Positions 56,193 to 57,050 of a DNA stretch of 57,050 bases are shown one piece after another. Positions within the stretch are counted from its first letter, which is position 1. Each line of letters starts with the position of its first letter. The notes beneath the pieces were generated by a model. The model saw nothing but the letters and a program-made list of their open reading frames with translations, was not told the origin of the DNA and did no database searches. The translations under genes were made by a program, and so were the position numbers. This stretch comes from an uncultured Candidatus Poseidoniales archaeon (GTDB lineage Archaea; Thermoplasmatota; Poseidoniia; Poseidoniales; Thalassarchaeaceae). Location: NCBI GenBank assembly GCA_963990035.1, contig CAXDMJ010000005.1, forward strand, positions 1 to 57,050. The letters are read 5' to 3'.

Positions 56193-56747
56193 TCATGATT
56201 TGAACGGTTTAGCACATTTAGGACATCTACTAGGCATAGTTACTCTTTTTCGCTCCCATGTATATCCACAATCTCCACAGATCCATTGTCGCTCAGGTAA
56301 TTTCTCTAACACTCTTTCTCGCATTTCTTGTAGTACTGATGAATCTGCTAATTTTGGTGGGGGGGATATTTCTTTGGCTAGATCTGCATGTATACTACCG
56401 TGGTCGAGTAAACCAGAAGCATGCAATAATTCATGGACCAATGTATGGCGATATAGAACTAAATCATTATTTAATAAGGGATTTAATCCAATAGTTACTG
56501 GTCCGCAAGATACTCTTAGCTTCCTTCTACGAAATAGTTCATTAGCATTACATTCGAAACGAGTCATACCCAACCTAGACTCATTCTCATTTATCCAAAT
56601 AAGTTCTAAGTTTCTACCTAGAAATTTTAGAAAAGGCGCATCTTTTTTATCAATTTTCATTTTTAATTCTTCTATTAATCCTTCAGGAATCCATGGTATC
56701 TCAGGGAGTTCAGTTATTTTCCTATCAGGTCCCCCCTCCTCACTCAT
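56193..56747 (-). CDS. SprT-like zinc metalloprotease with C-terminal zinc ribbon
   Basis: IGLNPLL...HTLVHELLHASGLLDHG (HExxH plus downstream His); CGDC...CPKC. Confidence 0.7.
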   Translation of the reverse strand: MSEEGGPDRKITELPEIPWIPEGLIEELKMKIDKKDAPFLKFLGRNLELIWINENESRLGMTRFECNANELFRRRKLRVSCGPVTIGLNPLLNNDLVLYRHTLVHELLHASGLLDHGSIHADLAKEISPPPKLADSSVLQEMRERVLEKLPERQWICGDCGYTWERKRVTMPSRCPKCAKPFKS

Positions 56748-56800
56748 ACCCTTGCCTAGTCCATTTGCCTTAAATGACCGTCGTAAGTCGCATGTTCAAT

Positions 56801-56877
56801 GGGCGTGTGGCGCAGCTTGGAAGCGCGCTTCTTTGGCTAAGAAGAGGCCCCGAGTTCAAATCTCGGCTCGTCCACCA
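56801..56877 (+). tRNA. tRNA-Ala (anticodon GGC), CCA encoded
   Basis: Cloverleaf: GCGC D-stem, CTTCT-TTGGCTA-AGAAG anticodon arm, CCGAG-TTCAAAT-CTCGG T-arm; G3:U70 and A73 alanine identity elements. Confidence 0.93.
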
Positions 56878-57006
56878 TTGTATATTTTATACTAATATTA
56901 TACAATATCAATAATATGGTGTATAATTTAATACCGGCTTTATTCAATTGAATCTGAATTAATTTCATTAATTTAATAATCCCTATATTCATTTGTCCTC
57001 CTCTAC

Positions 57007-57050
57007 CTGTCTCTTATACACATCTGACGCTGCCGACGAATAGAGAGGTG
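57007..57050 (+). other. Sequencing artefact: Nextera adapter read-through (Tn5 mosaic end + adapter + i5 index + start of P5)
   Basis: CTGTCTCTTATACACATCT (57007-57025) + GACGCTGCCGACGA (57026-57039) + ATAGAGAG (reverse complement of index CTCTCTAT) + GTG. Confidence 0.98.

Noticed and set aside
990-56494. Numerous short ORFs (60-143 aa) in the track overlapping longer genes (e.g. 2052-2318, 5784-5981, 46424-46855, 51128-51516)
   Set aside because: They lie antisense or out of frame inside well-supported genes and have low-complexity or Ser/Ile-rich composition typical of shadows.
56200-56895. 231-aa plus-strand ORF
   Set aside because: It is antisense to the SprT-like gene and runs through tRNA-Ala; a shadow ORF.
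56846-57006. Minus-strand GAGGAGG-ATG ORF (MNIGIIKL...) or a gene end VEEDK-stop near the right edge
   Set aside because: The first runs antisense into tRNA-Ala and the second is only 5 codons; neither can be supported.
57007-57025. Tn5/IS50 mosaic end as a mobile element
   Set aside because: It is followed directly by Nextera adapter and index sequence; a library artefact with no transposase.
1-57050. CRISPR array, prophage, integrase, restriction-modification or other defence system
   Set aside because: No regularly spaced direct repeats or recognisable cas, integrase, capsid, nuclease or methylase genes were seen.

Overview
A 57 kb, AT-rich, gene-dense chromosomal contig of an archaeon. 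TBP, SepF, eL41, ArcTGT, CTP-dependent RibK, archaeal TIM, ABCE1 and DRG, together with many acidic secreted or lipoproteins, point to Thermoplasmatota, most likely marine group II (Ca. Poseidoniales); that placement is inference. The window holds about 52 CDSs, including a 35-aa eL41 missed by the ORF track and a partial ORF at the left edge, plus tRNA-Arg(TCT) and tRNA-Ala(GGC). I found no CRISPR array, integrase or transposase. The last 44 nt are Nextera adapter plus index read-through, not biology. The novelty lies inside housekeeping-looking genes: (1) a circularly permuted glycerophosphodiester phosphodiesterase with its catalytic HRG strand at the extreme C-terminus; (2) two tandem head-to-head isoprenoid synthases of different clades (SQS-like and CrtB/HpnD-like), in a window that also carries mevalonate kinase and a large-to-small fused aconitase X; (3) a TBP with a 54-aa insertion, alongside recurring non-canonical TT(C/G)A(A/T) boxes at TATA position; (4) an IleRS with the GIHH variant of the HIGH motif; (5) an ArcTGT lacking the three Zn-binding cysteines; (6) a eukaryote-type citrate synthase; (7) a TatC lacking the twin-arginine-binding residues; (8) a tRNA-Ala with U37. 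All family calls come from motif recognition by eye; no database search was run.
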